From positions 1 through 64,000 of the forward strand of contig JBBIOM010000003.1 of NCBI GenBank assembly GCA_037443365.1: a stretch of DNA of 64,000 nucleotides. Reading direction: 5' to 3'. Shown here in pieces: positions 23,101-33,573 of the stretch. The position numbers and the translations under genes are program-made. The notes beneath the pieces were generated by a model. The model had not been told where the DNA came from and made no database searches. It worked only from the letters and a program-made list of their open reading frames with translations. Each line of letters starts with the position of its first letter. Position 1 is the stretch's first letter. The DNA comes from Armatimonadota bacterium (GTDB lineage Bacteria; Sysuimicrobiota; Sysuimicrobiia; Sysuimicrobiales; Humicultoraceae).

Positions 23101-23916
23101 ATGCCGCTCGTACCCGTTGGCGCGGTCACGCTCTTTTACGAGAGGGCAGGCGACGGGCCCACCGTCGTGCTCGTGCCCGGGCTGGGCGGCGACCACCGCC
23201 TGTGGCACTACCAGGTACCGGCGCTAACCGGACGGCTGGACGTCATTCGCGTGGACAACCGCGGCGCCGGGCAGTCGGCGATGCCGGACGAGCCGTACAC
23301 GATTGCGATGCTCGCCGACGATCTGGCCGGGCTGCTGGACGCGCTGGGGATCGCGCGCGCGCACGTGGTCGGCGCCTCGATGGGCGGGTTCATCGCCCAG
23401 GAGTTCGCGCTGCGACACCCGCACCGGCTGGGCCGGATGGTGTTGTGCTGCACCTCGCCGGGCGGACCCCGGAGTGTGCCGATTCCACAGGAAGCCGTCT
23501 CCGTGCTGGTGAATCGGACGGGCGAACCGCGGACCGACCTGTTGAGATCGTTCGAGCTCATGACAACCGAAGGCTTCCGGACGGCGCACCCCGAGATCGT
23601 CGAAGCCCACATCGCCTGGCGCCTGGCGCACCCCCAACCGCTGTTTGCCTACAACCGGCAACTAGCAGCAGCCGGCGCTCACAACGCCGCGGAGCGTCTG
23701 GGCGCGATCCGCGCGCCGACGCTCGTCTGTCACGGCACCGGCGATCGAATCGTGCCGTCAGAGAACGCGGTTCTGCTGGCCGAAGGCATTCCGCAAGCCC
23801 GCCTGCATCTCTTTGAAGGCTCGTCGCATCTCTTTTTCTGGGAGCAGGCGGCGGCGTTCAACCGGCTCGTGCTCGAGTTCCTGATTGAGGGCGACCCAGA
23901 GGGAGGTAGACGATGA
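23101..23916 (+). CDS. Alpha/beta hydrolase (PcaD/esterase-like)
   Basis: DNRGAGQS, GASMGG nucleophile elbow, GTGD, SSH. Confidence 0.9.
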   Translation: MPLVPVGAVTLFYERAGDGPTVVLVPGLGGDHRLWHYQVPALTGRLDVIRVDNRGAGQSAMPDEPYTIAMLADDLAGLLDALGIARAHVVGASMGGFIAQEFALRHPHRLGRMVLCCTSPGGPRSVPIPQEAVSVLVNRTGEPRTDLLRSFELMTTEGFRTAHPEIVEAHIAWRLAHPQPLFAYNRQLAAAGAHNAAERLGAIRAPTLVCHGTGDRIVPSENAVLLAEGIPQARLHLFEGSSHLFFWEQAAAFNRLVLEFLIEGDPEGGRR

Positions 23917-25109
23917 ACAGGATCGCGGTCGTGCTGGTTGTGGTGGCCCTGCTGGCGATGGGAGGAACGGATGCTCTGGCGCAGCGAGAGCAGGTCCGCA
24001 TAGGGATCTCGCTTCCGCTGACAGGCCCGGCCTCAGCCAGCGGCAAGGCGGCCGAGGCCGGCTACCGGCTGGCCCTGGACGAGATCAACAAGGCCGGCGG
24101 AGTGCTGGGTCGCCGGCTGCAGATACTGATCGAGGACGACGGTAACCTGCCAGCCAAGGGGGTGCCGATCTTCACCAAGTTCGTGACGGTGGACCGGGTC
24201 CACGCGATCACGGGCATCTTTGGGAGCGCGATTGGGGTCAGCATCGTGGGGCCGGCGAAGCTGCACGAGCCGCTGATCGCCATGCTGGGCGCGGCCTCGC
24301 CCCTCGTGGAGCGCGGCTTCGAGGGCTACAAGTACCTGTTCCACTATCACCCGTGGGCGTATCACAACATGGAGGCGGTTTTCAACTTCATGGAGTTCGT
24401 GCGGACCGGCACCGGCGCGTCCACCATCGCCATGCTCTACGAGGACGGCCCGTTTGGATCAGCGGGCATCGGAGACACCCGCAGTGAGTTGATCCGGCGG
24501 GGGTTCGACGTGCCGTTCATGGAGTCGTTCAAGACCGGGTCGGGCGACTTTACCGCGCTGCTGACGCGCGCGAAGCGCCATCCGGTGGACGTGCTGTTCT
24601 GGATCGGCTTCGACGCCGATGCGCTGCCGATCGCGGTGCAGTCGCGCGAGATCGGGTTCAAGCCAAGGCTGATTTTTGGGTCGCCGGCGTCGTGGCCGGT
24701 GGGCTATGAGGGTAACCCGGTGGCCCGGGACGTCGCCGGCATGGCCGGCTGGACCTCGGCCAGCCCGCTGCCTGCGTCCAAGGAGTTCGTCAAGAAGTAC
24801 CAGGCCAAGTTCGGCGGTCTGACCGAGGAGTACATGGCGCCGATGGGCTACACGATCCTCACATCCCTGGCGGCGGCGATGAACAAGGCCGGCACCACCG
24901 ACAAGGACAGGGTCGCCGCGGAGCTGGCGAAGACCGACACCGACACCCCGATGGGCAGGCTCAAGTTCAAGCCCAGCCGGCTCAGCCCCAGCGTCTACCA
25001 GGGATTCGACTCCGACCTGTGGATGGTGTTCCAGTTCCGGGAGGGGCGGCGGGTGCCGGTGTGGCCCAAGCACGTGGCCGCCGGTCCGCTGGCGTGGCGC
25101 TGGCGATAG
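23913..25109 (+). CDS. Liv/HAAT-type ABC transporter substrate-binding protein
   Basis: Signal peptide; RIGISLPLTG, EINKAGGVLGR. Confidence 0.9.
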   Translation: MNRIAVVLVVVALLAMGGTDALAQREQVRIGISLPLTGPASASGKAAEAGYRLALDEINKAGGVLGRRLQILIEDDGNLPAKGVPIFTKFVTVDRVHAITGIFGSAIGVSIVGPAKLHEPLIAMLGAASPLVERGFEGYKYLFHYHPWAYHNMEAVFNFMEFVRTGTGASTIAMLYEDGPFGSAGIGDTRSELIRRGFDVPFMESFKTGSGDFTALLTRAKRHPVDVLFWIGFDADALPIAVQSREIGFKPRLIFGSPASWPVGYEGNPVARDVAGMAGWTSASPLPASKEFVKKYQAKFGGLTEEYMAPMGYTILTSLAAAMNKAGTTDKDRVAAELAKTDTDTPMGRLKFKPSRLSPSVYQGFDSDLWMVFQFREGRRVPVWPKHVAAGPLAWRWR

Positions 25110-25123
25110 GAGCAGAGACCTCT

Positions 25124-25153
25124 GGCCGCCCGTCCGGATATGGGCGGGCGGCC
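25124..25153 (+). terminator. GC-rich hairpin after the substrate-binding gene (mRNA stabiliser or partial terminator)
   Basis: GGCCGCCCGTCC...GGGCGGGCGGCC forms a 12-bp stem with one G-U pair; no U-tract. Confidence 0.5.
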
Positions 25154-25161
25154 GGGGTTGC

Positions 25162-26022
25162 GTGATGGACCTCTTCCTGCAGACCCTGGCCAACGCGCTG
25201 ATCCAGAGCGGGACCTACGCGCTGGCATCGTCCGGTCTGGCCCTGGCGGTCGGGGTGCTCCACATCGTGAACTTCGCGCATGGCGAGTTCCTGATGGTTG
25301 GCGCGTTCGTCGCCTACTGGCTGAGCGTGCTGGCTGGGATCGACCCCATCGTTTCGTTGGTGCCTGCCGGCGCCGTCATGTTCGCGGCCAGCGGCGTGAT
25401 CTACCAGGCCAGCATCCGCCGCGTGCTGCTCGCCCCGGAGCTCAACGCGCTGCTGCTGACCTTCGGGATCGGCATCACGCTGCAGAACCTGGCGGTGCTG
25501 GCGTTTGGCGCCACGCCCCGCGTGGTCCACACCGCCTACCAGCTCACCGCGGTGACGGTGGGCCCGGTCTCGGTGGGCGTGGCGCCGCTGATCACGCTGG
25601 TCGTATCGGTCACGCTGCTGGCCGGCATGTACGCCGTTCTGTACCGGACCGGCGTCGGTAAGAGCATCCGGGCGGTGGCCCAGAACCGCACCGGCGCGCA
25701 CCTGGTTGGACTGGACGTGGACCGGATCTACCTGCTGACCTTTGGCATCGCCTCGGCGCTGGCCGCGATCGCCGGCTCGATGGTCCTGGTGCGCATCGGC
25801 GCCAGCCCGCACATGGGGTTTGGGTTCGTCCTCAAGGCGTTCGCGATCATCGTTATGGCGGGACTGGGGAACCTGACCGGGGTGCTGTGGGCGTCGCTGG
25901 TTCTGGCGACGGCGGAGGCGTTCGTGCGCACCTACGTTCCGGGCGGCGGCGGCGCGGCCGAGGCCGTCTTCTTCCTGCTCATATTCTTCACCCTGGTGTG
26001 GCGTTCGTGGAGAACGGCATGA
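25162..26022 (+). CDS. livH: Liv-type ABC permease
   Basis: IVNFAHGEF, GKSIRAVAQN; hydrophobic. Confidence 0.88.
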   Translation: MMDLFLQTLANALIQSGTYALASSGLALAVGVLHIVNFAHGEFLMVGAFVAYWLSVLAGIDPIVSLVPAGAVMFAASGVIYQASIRRVLLAPELNALLLTFGIGITLQNLAVLAFGATPRVVHTAYQLTAVTVGPVSVGVAPLITLVVSVTLLAGMYAVLYRTGVGKSIRAVAQNRTGAHLVGLDVDRIYLLTFGIASALAAIAGSMVLVRIGASPHMGFGFVLKAFAIIVMAGLGNLTGVLWASLVLATAEAFVRTYVPGGGGAAEAVFFLLIFFTLVWRSWRTA

Positions 26023-26945
26023 GGTGGGTGGGGCCGGCGGCGCTGTGCGTTGCGCTCCTCGTGCCGCTCGTGCCTGCCGGCGGCTACCAGCAGTATGTCG
26101 TGCAGGTGGCGACGTTCGTGCTCATCAACGCGGCAGTGGCCCTGGCATGGGACATACAGGCCCGCACCGGCCAGCTCTCGCTGGCGCCGGCGGCGTTCTT
26201 TGGGCTGGGCGCCTACGCGTACACGATGGCCGCGCTCCGCGGCGTGCCCCTTGCGGTCGCGTTCCTGCTGGGGCCGCTCGTGGCCGGAGTGGTCAGCCTG
26301 GGGTTGGGGATCGTCACGCTGCGACTGCAGGGGCTGTACTTCGCCATCGCGACGCTGGCGTTCGCCGAGGTCGTCAAGGTGATCTTCAAGGAGTTGCCCC
26401 TGGACCTCACCGGCGGCGCCGTGGGCCTCACCGCGCCGCCGCTGCTGGGCGGCCACCAGACCGGGCTCTACTACCTGGGCCTTGGCGTGTTTCTGGTCGT
26501 GGTGGTCGCCAGCCTGGCGGTCCGCCACAGCCGGCTCCACTACGCCTTCACCGCAATCCGCCAGGGCGAGCTGACCGCTCGGGTCCTCGGGGTGCGCGTG
26601 GTGCGCACCAAACTTCTGGCCTTCGTCCTGTCGGCGGCTCTGATCGGCATGGTGGGCGCGTACGCGACGAGCCGCTTGTTCTTCGTCATCCCGGAGGACA
26701 CGTTCGGGATCGGGCTGTCGGTGACCGCGCTGGCGACCGCGATCTTCGGCGGGGTGTACACGACGGCCGGACCGGTGCTGGGCGCGGTCATCCTGCGCAG
26801 CCTCGAGGAGGTGCTGCGGCTCGTGCTCCGTGAAGGTTACCTGGCCGTCTACGGGGTGATCCTGATGCTGGTCATCCTCTACCTGCCGGGCGGGCTCGTG
26901 AGTCTCTGGAATCGGCGGTCGCGCGATGTTGCTGGCGGCGACTAG
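26019..26945 (+). CDS. livM: Liv-type ABC permease
   Basis: TGQLSL, LRLQGLYFAIATLAF, LYLPGGL; ATG at an ATGA overlap. Confidence 0.88.
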   Translation: MRWVGPAALCVALLVPLVPAGGYQQYVVQVATFVLINAAVALAWDIQARTGQLSLAPAAFFGLGAYAYTMAALRGVPLAVAFLLGPLVAGVVSLGLGIVTLRLQGLYFAIATLAFAEVVKVIFKELPLDLTGGAVGLTAPPLLGGHQTGLYYLGLGVFLVVVVASLAVRHSRLHYAFTAIRQGELTARVLGVRVVRTKLLAFVLSAALIGMVGAYATSRLFFVIPEDTFGIGLSVTALATAIFGGVYTTAGPVLGAVILRSLEEVLRLVLREGYLAVYGVILMLVILYLPGGLVSLWNRRSRDVAGGD

Positions 26946-27649
26946 CCTCTCCAAGCGGTTCGGCGGGGTTGCCGCGGTGCGGCGCCTCGACTTCCACCTC
27001 GATCCAGGGGAGATCCTCGCCATCATCGGCCCCAACGGCGCCGGCAAGACGACCGTGCTGAACCTCCTATCTGGGGTCTTTCCAGCGGACGAGGGCCGCA
27101 TCGTGCTGGACGGCGTTGACATAACCCACCTTCCGGCCGAGGACCGCTGCCACCTGGGCCTGGGCCGCGCGTTCCAGGTCGTCCAGCCGTTCCCCGAGAT
27201 GACGGTCCGCGACAACCTGATGATCGGCGCGCTGTTCGGGAGCCGTCGGCGCTCGCTCGCCGAGGCGCGCGCCCGAACCGAAGAGGTGCTCGCCCTGACA
27301 GGCCTGGCCGATCGTGCTGCGATGCCGGCACGAGACCTCACGCTGGCCTGGGAGAAGCGTGTGGAGATGGCCCGCGCGATCGCCACGTCACCCCGCGTGC
27401 TGCTGCTCGACGAGGTGATGGCCGGGCTGCTGCCGCAGGAAGCCGACGAGATGCTGGCCGTGGTCAGATCCGTGCGCGAGACCGGGGTCGCGGTGTTGTT
27501 CATCGAGCACGTCATGCGGGTGGTCCGTGACCTGGCCGACCGCGTGATCGTGATGGACTTCGGCGAGAAGATCGCCGAGGGCAGCTACGCGGACGTAACA
27601 GGGCACCCAAGGGTCATCGAGGCGTACCTGGGCATGGAGGAGGCCGGCG

Positions 27650-27657
<8 letters not shown>
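26926..27657 (+). CDS. livG: Liv-type ABC ATPase
   Basis: GPNGAGKT, LLLDE, VIEAYLG. Confidence 0.9.
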
Positions 27658-28357
<700 letters not shown>

Positions 28358-28369
28358 CAGGAGAGTCGT

Positions 28370-29152
28370 ATGGGGAGCCTGGAAGGGCGCGCCGCGGTCA
28401 CGACCGGCGCGGGCAGCGGCATCGGTTGCGCCGTCGCGCGGGCGTTGGCGCGCGAGGGCGCCGCCGTGTGCGTGGCCGACATCGACGAGCGCGGCGCTCG
28501 GGCCACGGCCGACGCCATCGCCCGGGCAGGCGGTCGCGCGCAGTTCCTGCGGGCCGATGTCTCGCGGGCCGACGATGCCCGGCAGATGATCGAGAAGGCC
28601 GCCGCGACCTTCGGGCGGATTGACATCCTTGTGAACAACGCCGGGCTACAGCACGTCGCACCGATAGTGGACTACCCGGAAGAACGCTGGAACCTCCTCA
28701 TCGGGGTTATGCTCACCGGAACCTTCCTGTGCACCAGGTACGCCTTGCCACACATGATGAAGCAGCAGTGGGGCCGCGTGGTCAACATCGCCTCGGTGCA
28801 CGGGCTGGTCGCTTCGCCGTTCAAGTCGGCCTACGTCGCCGCCAAGCACGGCGTCGTGGGCTTCACCAAGGTGGCAGCCTGGGAGGTTGCCGCGCAGGGA
28901 ATCACCGTGAACGCCATCTGCCCCGGCTACGTGCGCACGCCGCTGGTCGAGGGACAGATCCCGGAGCAGGCCCGCGCGTACGGCATCTCCGAATCCGAAG
29001 TGGTGCAGCGCATCATGCTGGAGCCGCAGGCGATCAAGCGAATGATGGAGCCCGAGGAAGTCGCCGCCATGGTACTCCACCTTTGCTCGGACGCCGCAGG
29101 AATGATCACGGGCTCCGCGCTGACCATGGATGGGGGGTGGACCGCGCGGTGA
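28370..29152 (+). CDS. bdhA: D-3-hydroxybutyrate dehydrogenase
   Basis: NNAGLQHVAP, SVHGLVASPFKSAYVAAKHG and CPGYVRTPLV are BDH-specific motifs. Confidence 0.88.
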   Translation: MGSLEGRAAVTTGAGSGIGCAVARALAREGAAVCVADIDERGARATADAIARAGGRAQFLRADVSRADDARQMIEKAAATFGRIDILVNNAGLQHVAPIVDYPEERWNLLIGVMLTGTFLCTRYALPHMMKQQWGRVVNIASVHGLVASPFKSAYVAAKHGVVGFTKVAAWEVAAQGITVNAICPGYVRTPLVEGQIPEQARAYGISESEVVQRIMLEPQAIKRMMEPEEVAAMVLHLCSDAAGMITGSALTMDGGWTAR

Positions 29153-29562
29153 GATTCACACCTGGGCAGAAGGCCGCCATCACCCGGACCATCACCGAGG
29201 CCGACATCGAGGCCTATGCCGCGTTGACCGGGGACCGCAACCCCGTGCACCTGGATTCGGCCTACGCGGCGCGTACCCGGTTTGGCGGGCGTATCGCCCA
29301 CGGCATGCTGACCGCCGGGCTTGTCTCGGCGGTTCTCGGCATGCACCTCCCCGGTCCAGGCGCCGTCTACCTCAGCCAGACCCTCACCTTCCTCAAGCCG
29401 GTTCACATCGGTGATACAATCACGGCGACCGTTGAGGTCACGACCTACGACGCCGAACGGCGCCGCCTCCATCTCCGGACGTATTGCGCCAACCAGCGGG
29501 GAGAGACGGTGCTGGACGGGGAGGCCGTACTCCTGGCCGAGGCGACTCAACGCACCCGTTGA
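29149..29562 (+). CDS. MaoC/PhaJ-like (R)-specific enoyl-CoA hydratase
   Basis: TGDRNPVHLD, RIAHGML, LPGPG; GTG start at 29149. Confidence 0.88.
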   Translation: MRFTPGQKAAITRTITEADIEAYAALTGDRNPVHLDSAYAARTRFGGRIAHGMLTAGLVSAVLGMHLPGPGAVYLSQTLTFLKPVHIGDTITATVEVTTYDAERRRLHLRTYCANQRGETVLDGEAVLLAEATQRTR

Positions 29563-29604
29563 GCCCGGCGTCAAATATCGGAGTCTTCTTCCCGGAGGGT
29601 CTGG

Positions 29605-31074
29605 GTGAAACGCATCGCTGTCATTGCCGTTGTTCTGGCCGTCGTCGCAGGCGGGGCATGGATCTACCGTGGGCGCGCCGCCCTGAATCCGGTTGATGAA
29701 GGACCGCGCACCGCGCGGGTGACGCGCGGCAGCCTGACGCACAGCGTCTCGGCGACGGGGACGCTTCGGCCCTACTCGCAGGTGGAGGTCCGGTCGCGCG
29801 CCACCGGCACCGTGGTCGAGGTGTACGTGCAGGAGGGCGACCCGGTAAGCAAGGGCCAGCTGCTGGTGGTCATTGATGACCGTGATGCCCGGGCCGAGTA
29901 CGAGACGCGGACCGCGCAGCTCGCCTCGGCGCAGGCCCGGCTCGAGCAGGCGCGCAGCCAGCTTGCCCTGACCCGCGCGCAGACGCAGACCCGCGTAACC
30001 GAGGCCGAGGCGTCACTGGGCACCGCGGCCGCGCGCCTGGCGCAGGTGGAGGCAGGGTCGCGGCCCGAGCAGCTCGATCAGGCGCGGGAAGCCCTGCGGC
30101 AGGCCGAGCTCTCGGCGGAGCTGGCGCGAGCGAACCTGGCCCGGACGCGCGACCTGTTCGCCGACGGTTTGGTCTCGCGCGCGCAGCTCGATCAGGTGCA
30201 GACCCAGCACGACGTGGCGCAGGCGCAGCTCCGGTCTGCCCGAGCGCGGCTCTCCGAGCTGACTTCCGGGAGCCGGCCCGAGGAGATCGCGGTGGCAAGG
30301 GCGCAGGTGCGGCAGGCCGAGGCAGCGCTGGCCCAGGCCAAGGCCGCCCGGCTGCAGGAGGGCGTGCAGGTCGCTGAGGTGGCCTCGGCCGAGGCGCAGG
30401 TTCGCAATGTCCGTGCGCAGACGGCGCAGGCGCGCGACCGGCTGGGTGAGACCCGGATTCCCGCGCCGATCGCCGGGATCGTCGCGCGCCAGCTTGCGCA
30501 GGTGGGGCAGAGCGTGATCGGCGGCACCGGCGCGGGCGGAACCCTGGTGATGACGATTGCCGACATGCGCGTCGTGCAGGCCGAGGTCGGCGTGGACGAG
30601 TCCGACATAGCCCAGATCACGCCGGGTCTGACCGTGCGGGTTGTCGCCGACGCCCTGCCCGGGCGCACCTTCAACGGCAAGGTGGCGCGCATCGCGCCGC
30701 AGTCGGTGGTCGTCCAGAACGTGACCCAGTACGAGGTGATCGTGGAGATCGAGAACCCCGATCAGGCGCTGCGCCTGGGCATGAGCCTGGACGCCGAGTT
30801 CATCATCGCACAGCGCCAGGGCGTGCTCCTGGTGCCCGCCGAGGCGGTGCGAGGCAAGGATGCGAAAGTAGTGATCCTGGCGGAGGGAGGGAACCTCACC
30901 CCGGTTGTGGTCGAGACCGGGGCTACTGATGGCCGCCAGGTGGAGATAACGCGCGGCGTCGAGCAGGGGCAGACCGTCTACCTGGGACCTGCCCGCCGCC
31001 CGACCAGCAATACCACGCCGCGCTCACAGCCGGCCAGCCCGTTCATGCCGGCCCGGCCGCCGCTGCGGCGCTAG
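29605..31074 (+). CDS. MacA-like periplasmic adaptor with extended coiled coil
   Basis: N-terminal TM, lipoyl halves VQEGDPVSKGQ and IPAPIAG, two GSRPE repeats. Confidence 0.9.
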   Translation: MKRIAVIAVVLAVVAGGAWIYRGRAALNPVDEGPRTARVTRGSLTHSVSATGTLRPYSQVEVRSRATGTVVEVYVQEGDPVSKGQLLVVIDDRDARAEYETRTAQLASAQARLEQARSQLALTRAQTQTRVTEAEASLGTAAARLAQVEAGSRPEQLDQAREALRQAELSAELARANLARTRDLFADGLVSRAQLDQVQTQHDVAQAQLRSARARLSELTSGSRPEEIAVARAQVRQAEAALAQAKAARLQEGVQVAEVASAEAQVRNVRAQTAQARDRLGETRIPAPIAGIVARQLAQVGQSVIGGTGAGGTLVMTIADMRVVQAEVGVDESDIAQITPGLTVRVVADALPGRTFNGKVARIAPQSVVVQNVTQYEVIVEIENPDQALRLGMSLDAEFIIAQRQGVLLVPAEAVRGKDAKVVILAEGGNLTPVVVETGATDGRQVEITRGVEQGQTVYLGPARRPTSNTTPRSQPASPFMPARPPLRR

Positions 31075-31083
31075 CGCCCGCCG

Positions 31084-31764
31084 ATGTCGCTCATTGCCGT
31101 ACGGAACGTCGAGAAGATCTACCGCATGGACGGGGTGGAGGTGCACGCGCTGCGCGGGATCTCGCTCACGATCGAGCCCGGCGAGTTCGTCGCCATCATG
31201 GGTCCCAGCGGCTCGGGCAAGTCCACCTGCATGAACATCCTGGGCTGCCTGGACCGGCCCACCAGCGGCACGTATCTGCTGGAGGGCACCGACGTGACCA
31301 CACTCGGCGACGAGGCACTGGCGCGCCTGCGCAACCGGCGGCTGGGCTTCGTCTTCCAGTCGTACAACCTGCTGGCGCGCACGCCCGCGATAGAGAACGT
31401 CGAGCTGCCGCTCGTGTACGCTGGCGCTCGCGACCGGCAGGCCCGCGCTCGCGCGGCCCTGGACTCGGTGGGGCTGGGGGAGCGGGCCGGGCACCTGCCC
31501 ACGCAGCTCTCCGGCGGCGAGCAACAGCGCGTCGCCATCGCCAGGGCGCTCGTCAACTCCCCCTCGATCATCCTGGCGGACGAGCCCACAGGAAACCTCG
31601 ACTCATCCACCGCGGGGGAGATCATGGGCGTGCTTGATCGGCTCTCCCACCAGGGCATCACCATAGTCCTGGTCACGCACGAGGCCGACATCGCGGCGCA
31701 CGCGCGCCGGCACGTCACCTTCAGGGACGGGCGCGTCACGAGGGACGTTTTGGTGAGGGCATGA
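31084..31764 (+). CDS. MacB/LolD-type ABC ATPase
   Basis: GPSGSGKST, LSGGEQQRV, ADEPTGNLD. Confidence 0.93.
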   Translation: MSLIAVRNVEKIYRMDGVEVHALRGISLTIEPGEFVAIMGPSGSGKSTCMNILGCLDRPTSGTYLLEGTDVTTLGDEALARLRNRRLGFVFQSYNLLARTPAIENVELPLVYAGARDRQARARAALDSVGLGERAGHLPTQLSGGEQQRVAIARALVNSPSIILADEPTGNLDSSTAGEIMGVLDRLSHQGITIVLVTHEADIAAHARRHVTFRDGRVTRDVLVRA

Positions 31765-32972
31765 CGCTCGGGGCAGGCTTTCGGATCGCGCTGCGCGCCA
31801 TGTCGGCGAACCCCCTGCGCTCGCTGCTGACAGCGCTGGGCGTGATCATAGGGGTCGGCGCGGTGATCGCCATGGTAGCGATCGGTCAGGGCGCGCGCCG
31901 GGCAGTCACCGAGCAGGTGCAGGCGCTGGGCAGCAACCTGCTGACGGTCTTCGCCGGACAGGTGCAGCTCGCCCGGATAGCGCGGGGCGACCCTGTGCGC
32001 ACGCTGACCGTCGAGGACGCCGAGGCGATCCGCAAGACGGTCCCTGGCGTGACCGGCGTCAGCGCCGAGTACTCGCGGCAGGCGCAGGTGGTCTATAGGG
32101 CAGAGAACGTGATCACCCAGGTCTCGGGCGTCACCCCGGAGTTCCAGGAGGTGCGCAACTTCCGGCCTGCCCGGGGCGAGTTCTTCACCGATGCGGACAT
32201 GCGCGGCCGGGCCAAGGTGGCCGTGGTCGGGAAGACCGTCGCCGACCGGCTTTTCCCTGATGCGGAACCGATAGGCCAGCGCATCAGGATACGCGGGGTC
32301 ACCTTCACGGTGATCGGGATCATGGAGGAGAAGGGGGCCACCTCGTTCACGGACCGCGACGACGTGGTCTTCGTGCCGCTCGCGACCGCGCAGCGCCGCC
32401 TCTTTGGCGTCACGCACGTCCGGACCGTCCACGTGCAGGTGGCGTCGGCAGAGGAGATGCCCGCCGCGCAGGAGGCGCTGACCGAGCTGCTGCGCACGCG
32501 GCACCGGCTGGCCCCGAACCAGGACAACGACTTCACGGTGCGCAGTCAGGCGGATATCCTCCAGACATTTACGAGCGTTTCCCAGACGATGACCCTGCTG
32601 CTGGGCGGGATCGCCGCGGTCTCGCTGATCGTGGGCGGAATAGGGATAATGAACATCATGCTCGTCTCGGTAACCGAGCGGACGCGCGAGATCGGTATCC
32701 GCATGGCGGTGGGCGCGCGCCGCCGTGACATCCTGATGCAGTTCCTGGTCGAGTCGGTCGCGCTCAGCGTGGGCGGCGGAATGATCGGCATCGGGGTGGG
32801 GATCCTGGGCTCGCGGCTGATAACCCGCTTCGCCGGGTGGTCCACGCTGCTGTCGCTCCAGGCGGTGCTGCTGGCATTTGGTTTCGCGGTGGCCGTGGGC
32901 GTGTTCTTCGGGCTCTACCCGGCGCAGCGCGCGGCCAGGATGGATCCGATCGTGGCGCTGCGCCATGAGTAG
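31761..32972 (+). CDS. MacB-type ABC permease
   Basis: RSLLTALGVIIGV, GGIGIMNIMLVSVTERTREIG. Confidence 0.93.
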   Translation: MTLGAGFRIALRAMSANPLRSLLTALGVIIGVGAVIAMVAIGQGARRAVTEQVQALGSNLLTVFAGQVQLARIARGDPVRTLTVEDAEAIRKTVPGVTGVSAEYSRQAQVVYRAENVITQVSGVTPEFQEVRNFRPARGEFFTDADMRGRAKVAVVGKTVADRLFPDAEPIGQRIRIRGVTFTVIGIMEEKGATSFTDRDDVVFVPLATAQRRLFGVTHVRTVHVQVASAEEMPAAQEALTELLRTRHRLAPNQDNDFTVRSQADILQTFTSVSQTMTLLLGGIAAVSLIVGGIGIMNIMLVSVTERTREIGIRMAVGARRRDILMQFLVESVALSVGGGMIGIGVGILGSRLITRFAGWSTLLSLQAVLLAFGFAVAVGVFFGLYPAQRAARMDPIVALRHE

Positions 32973-33002
32973 GCACGCGGCAATGCAGGAGGGCATGCGA
33001 AG

Positions 33003-33545
33003 ATGAAGCGATCCTTGACTTGGGTATTGATGGCGGTGGTGGTGGCGTTGGTGGGTGGGGCAGGCGCCTACTACTATGTCCGCGGCCGTCCGACCGCAGC
33101 GCCCCAGCGCCCGCGCGATCCCGGGTTCATGGTGGTGCTCTCGATCCGGACCCTGGAGCGCGAGCCCACAACCCGGCTCTCGCGGGAACAGATCGCCAGG
33201 ATCCTTCCGTTGATGAAGGCGTTGAAGGACGTGCCGCTCTCGGACGTGGAGGCCTCCGCAGCGATCGCGCGCGCCGTCAGGGAGGTCTTCACGCCCGAGC
33301 AGCGCGCGGCCCTGGAAGAGGCCGCCCGGCGCCTCCGGGAGCGGGCGGCGGGAGCGCCGGGTGCGCGGGGAGGCGGCTTTGCGCCCCCTGGGGCGGGCGG
33401 GGTGCCCGGGGGCCTGGGAGGGGCACCGGGTGGTCCGGGAGGCGCGCCGGGTGGAGTGGGGCTCACCGATGAGGAGCGCGAGCAGCGCCGCGCACAGATG
33501 TTCGAAAGGATGATTCGATACCTGGAACGACGAATGAAGTCATAG
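33003..33545 (+). CDS. Membrane-anchored hypothetical protein with Gly-rich segment
   Basis: N-terminal TM, LSREQIARILP helix, GGAPGGPGG run; AGGAGG RBS. Confidence 0.7.
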   Translation: MKRSLTWVLMAVVVALVGGAGAYYYVRGRPTAAPQRPRDPGFMVVLSIRTLEREPTTRLSREQIARILPLMKALKDVPLSDVEASAAIARAVREVFTPEQRAALEEAARRLRERAAGAPGARGGGFAPPGAGGVPGGLGGAPGGPGGAPGGVGLTDEEREQRRAQMFERMIRYLERRMKS

Positions 33546-33573
33546 GTTCCCGGTAGTCCTCCAGGAGGGTTCG

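Noticed and set aside
33350..33465. Gly/Pro-rich repeat as a tandem DNA repeat or collagen-like domain
   Set aside because: Low-complexity coding linker without exact DNA periodicity or a sustained G-X-Y register.
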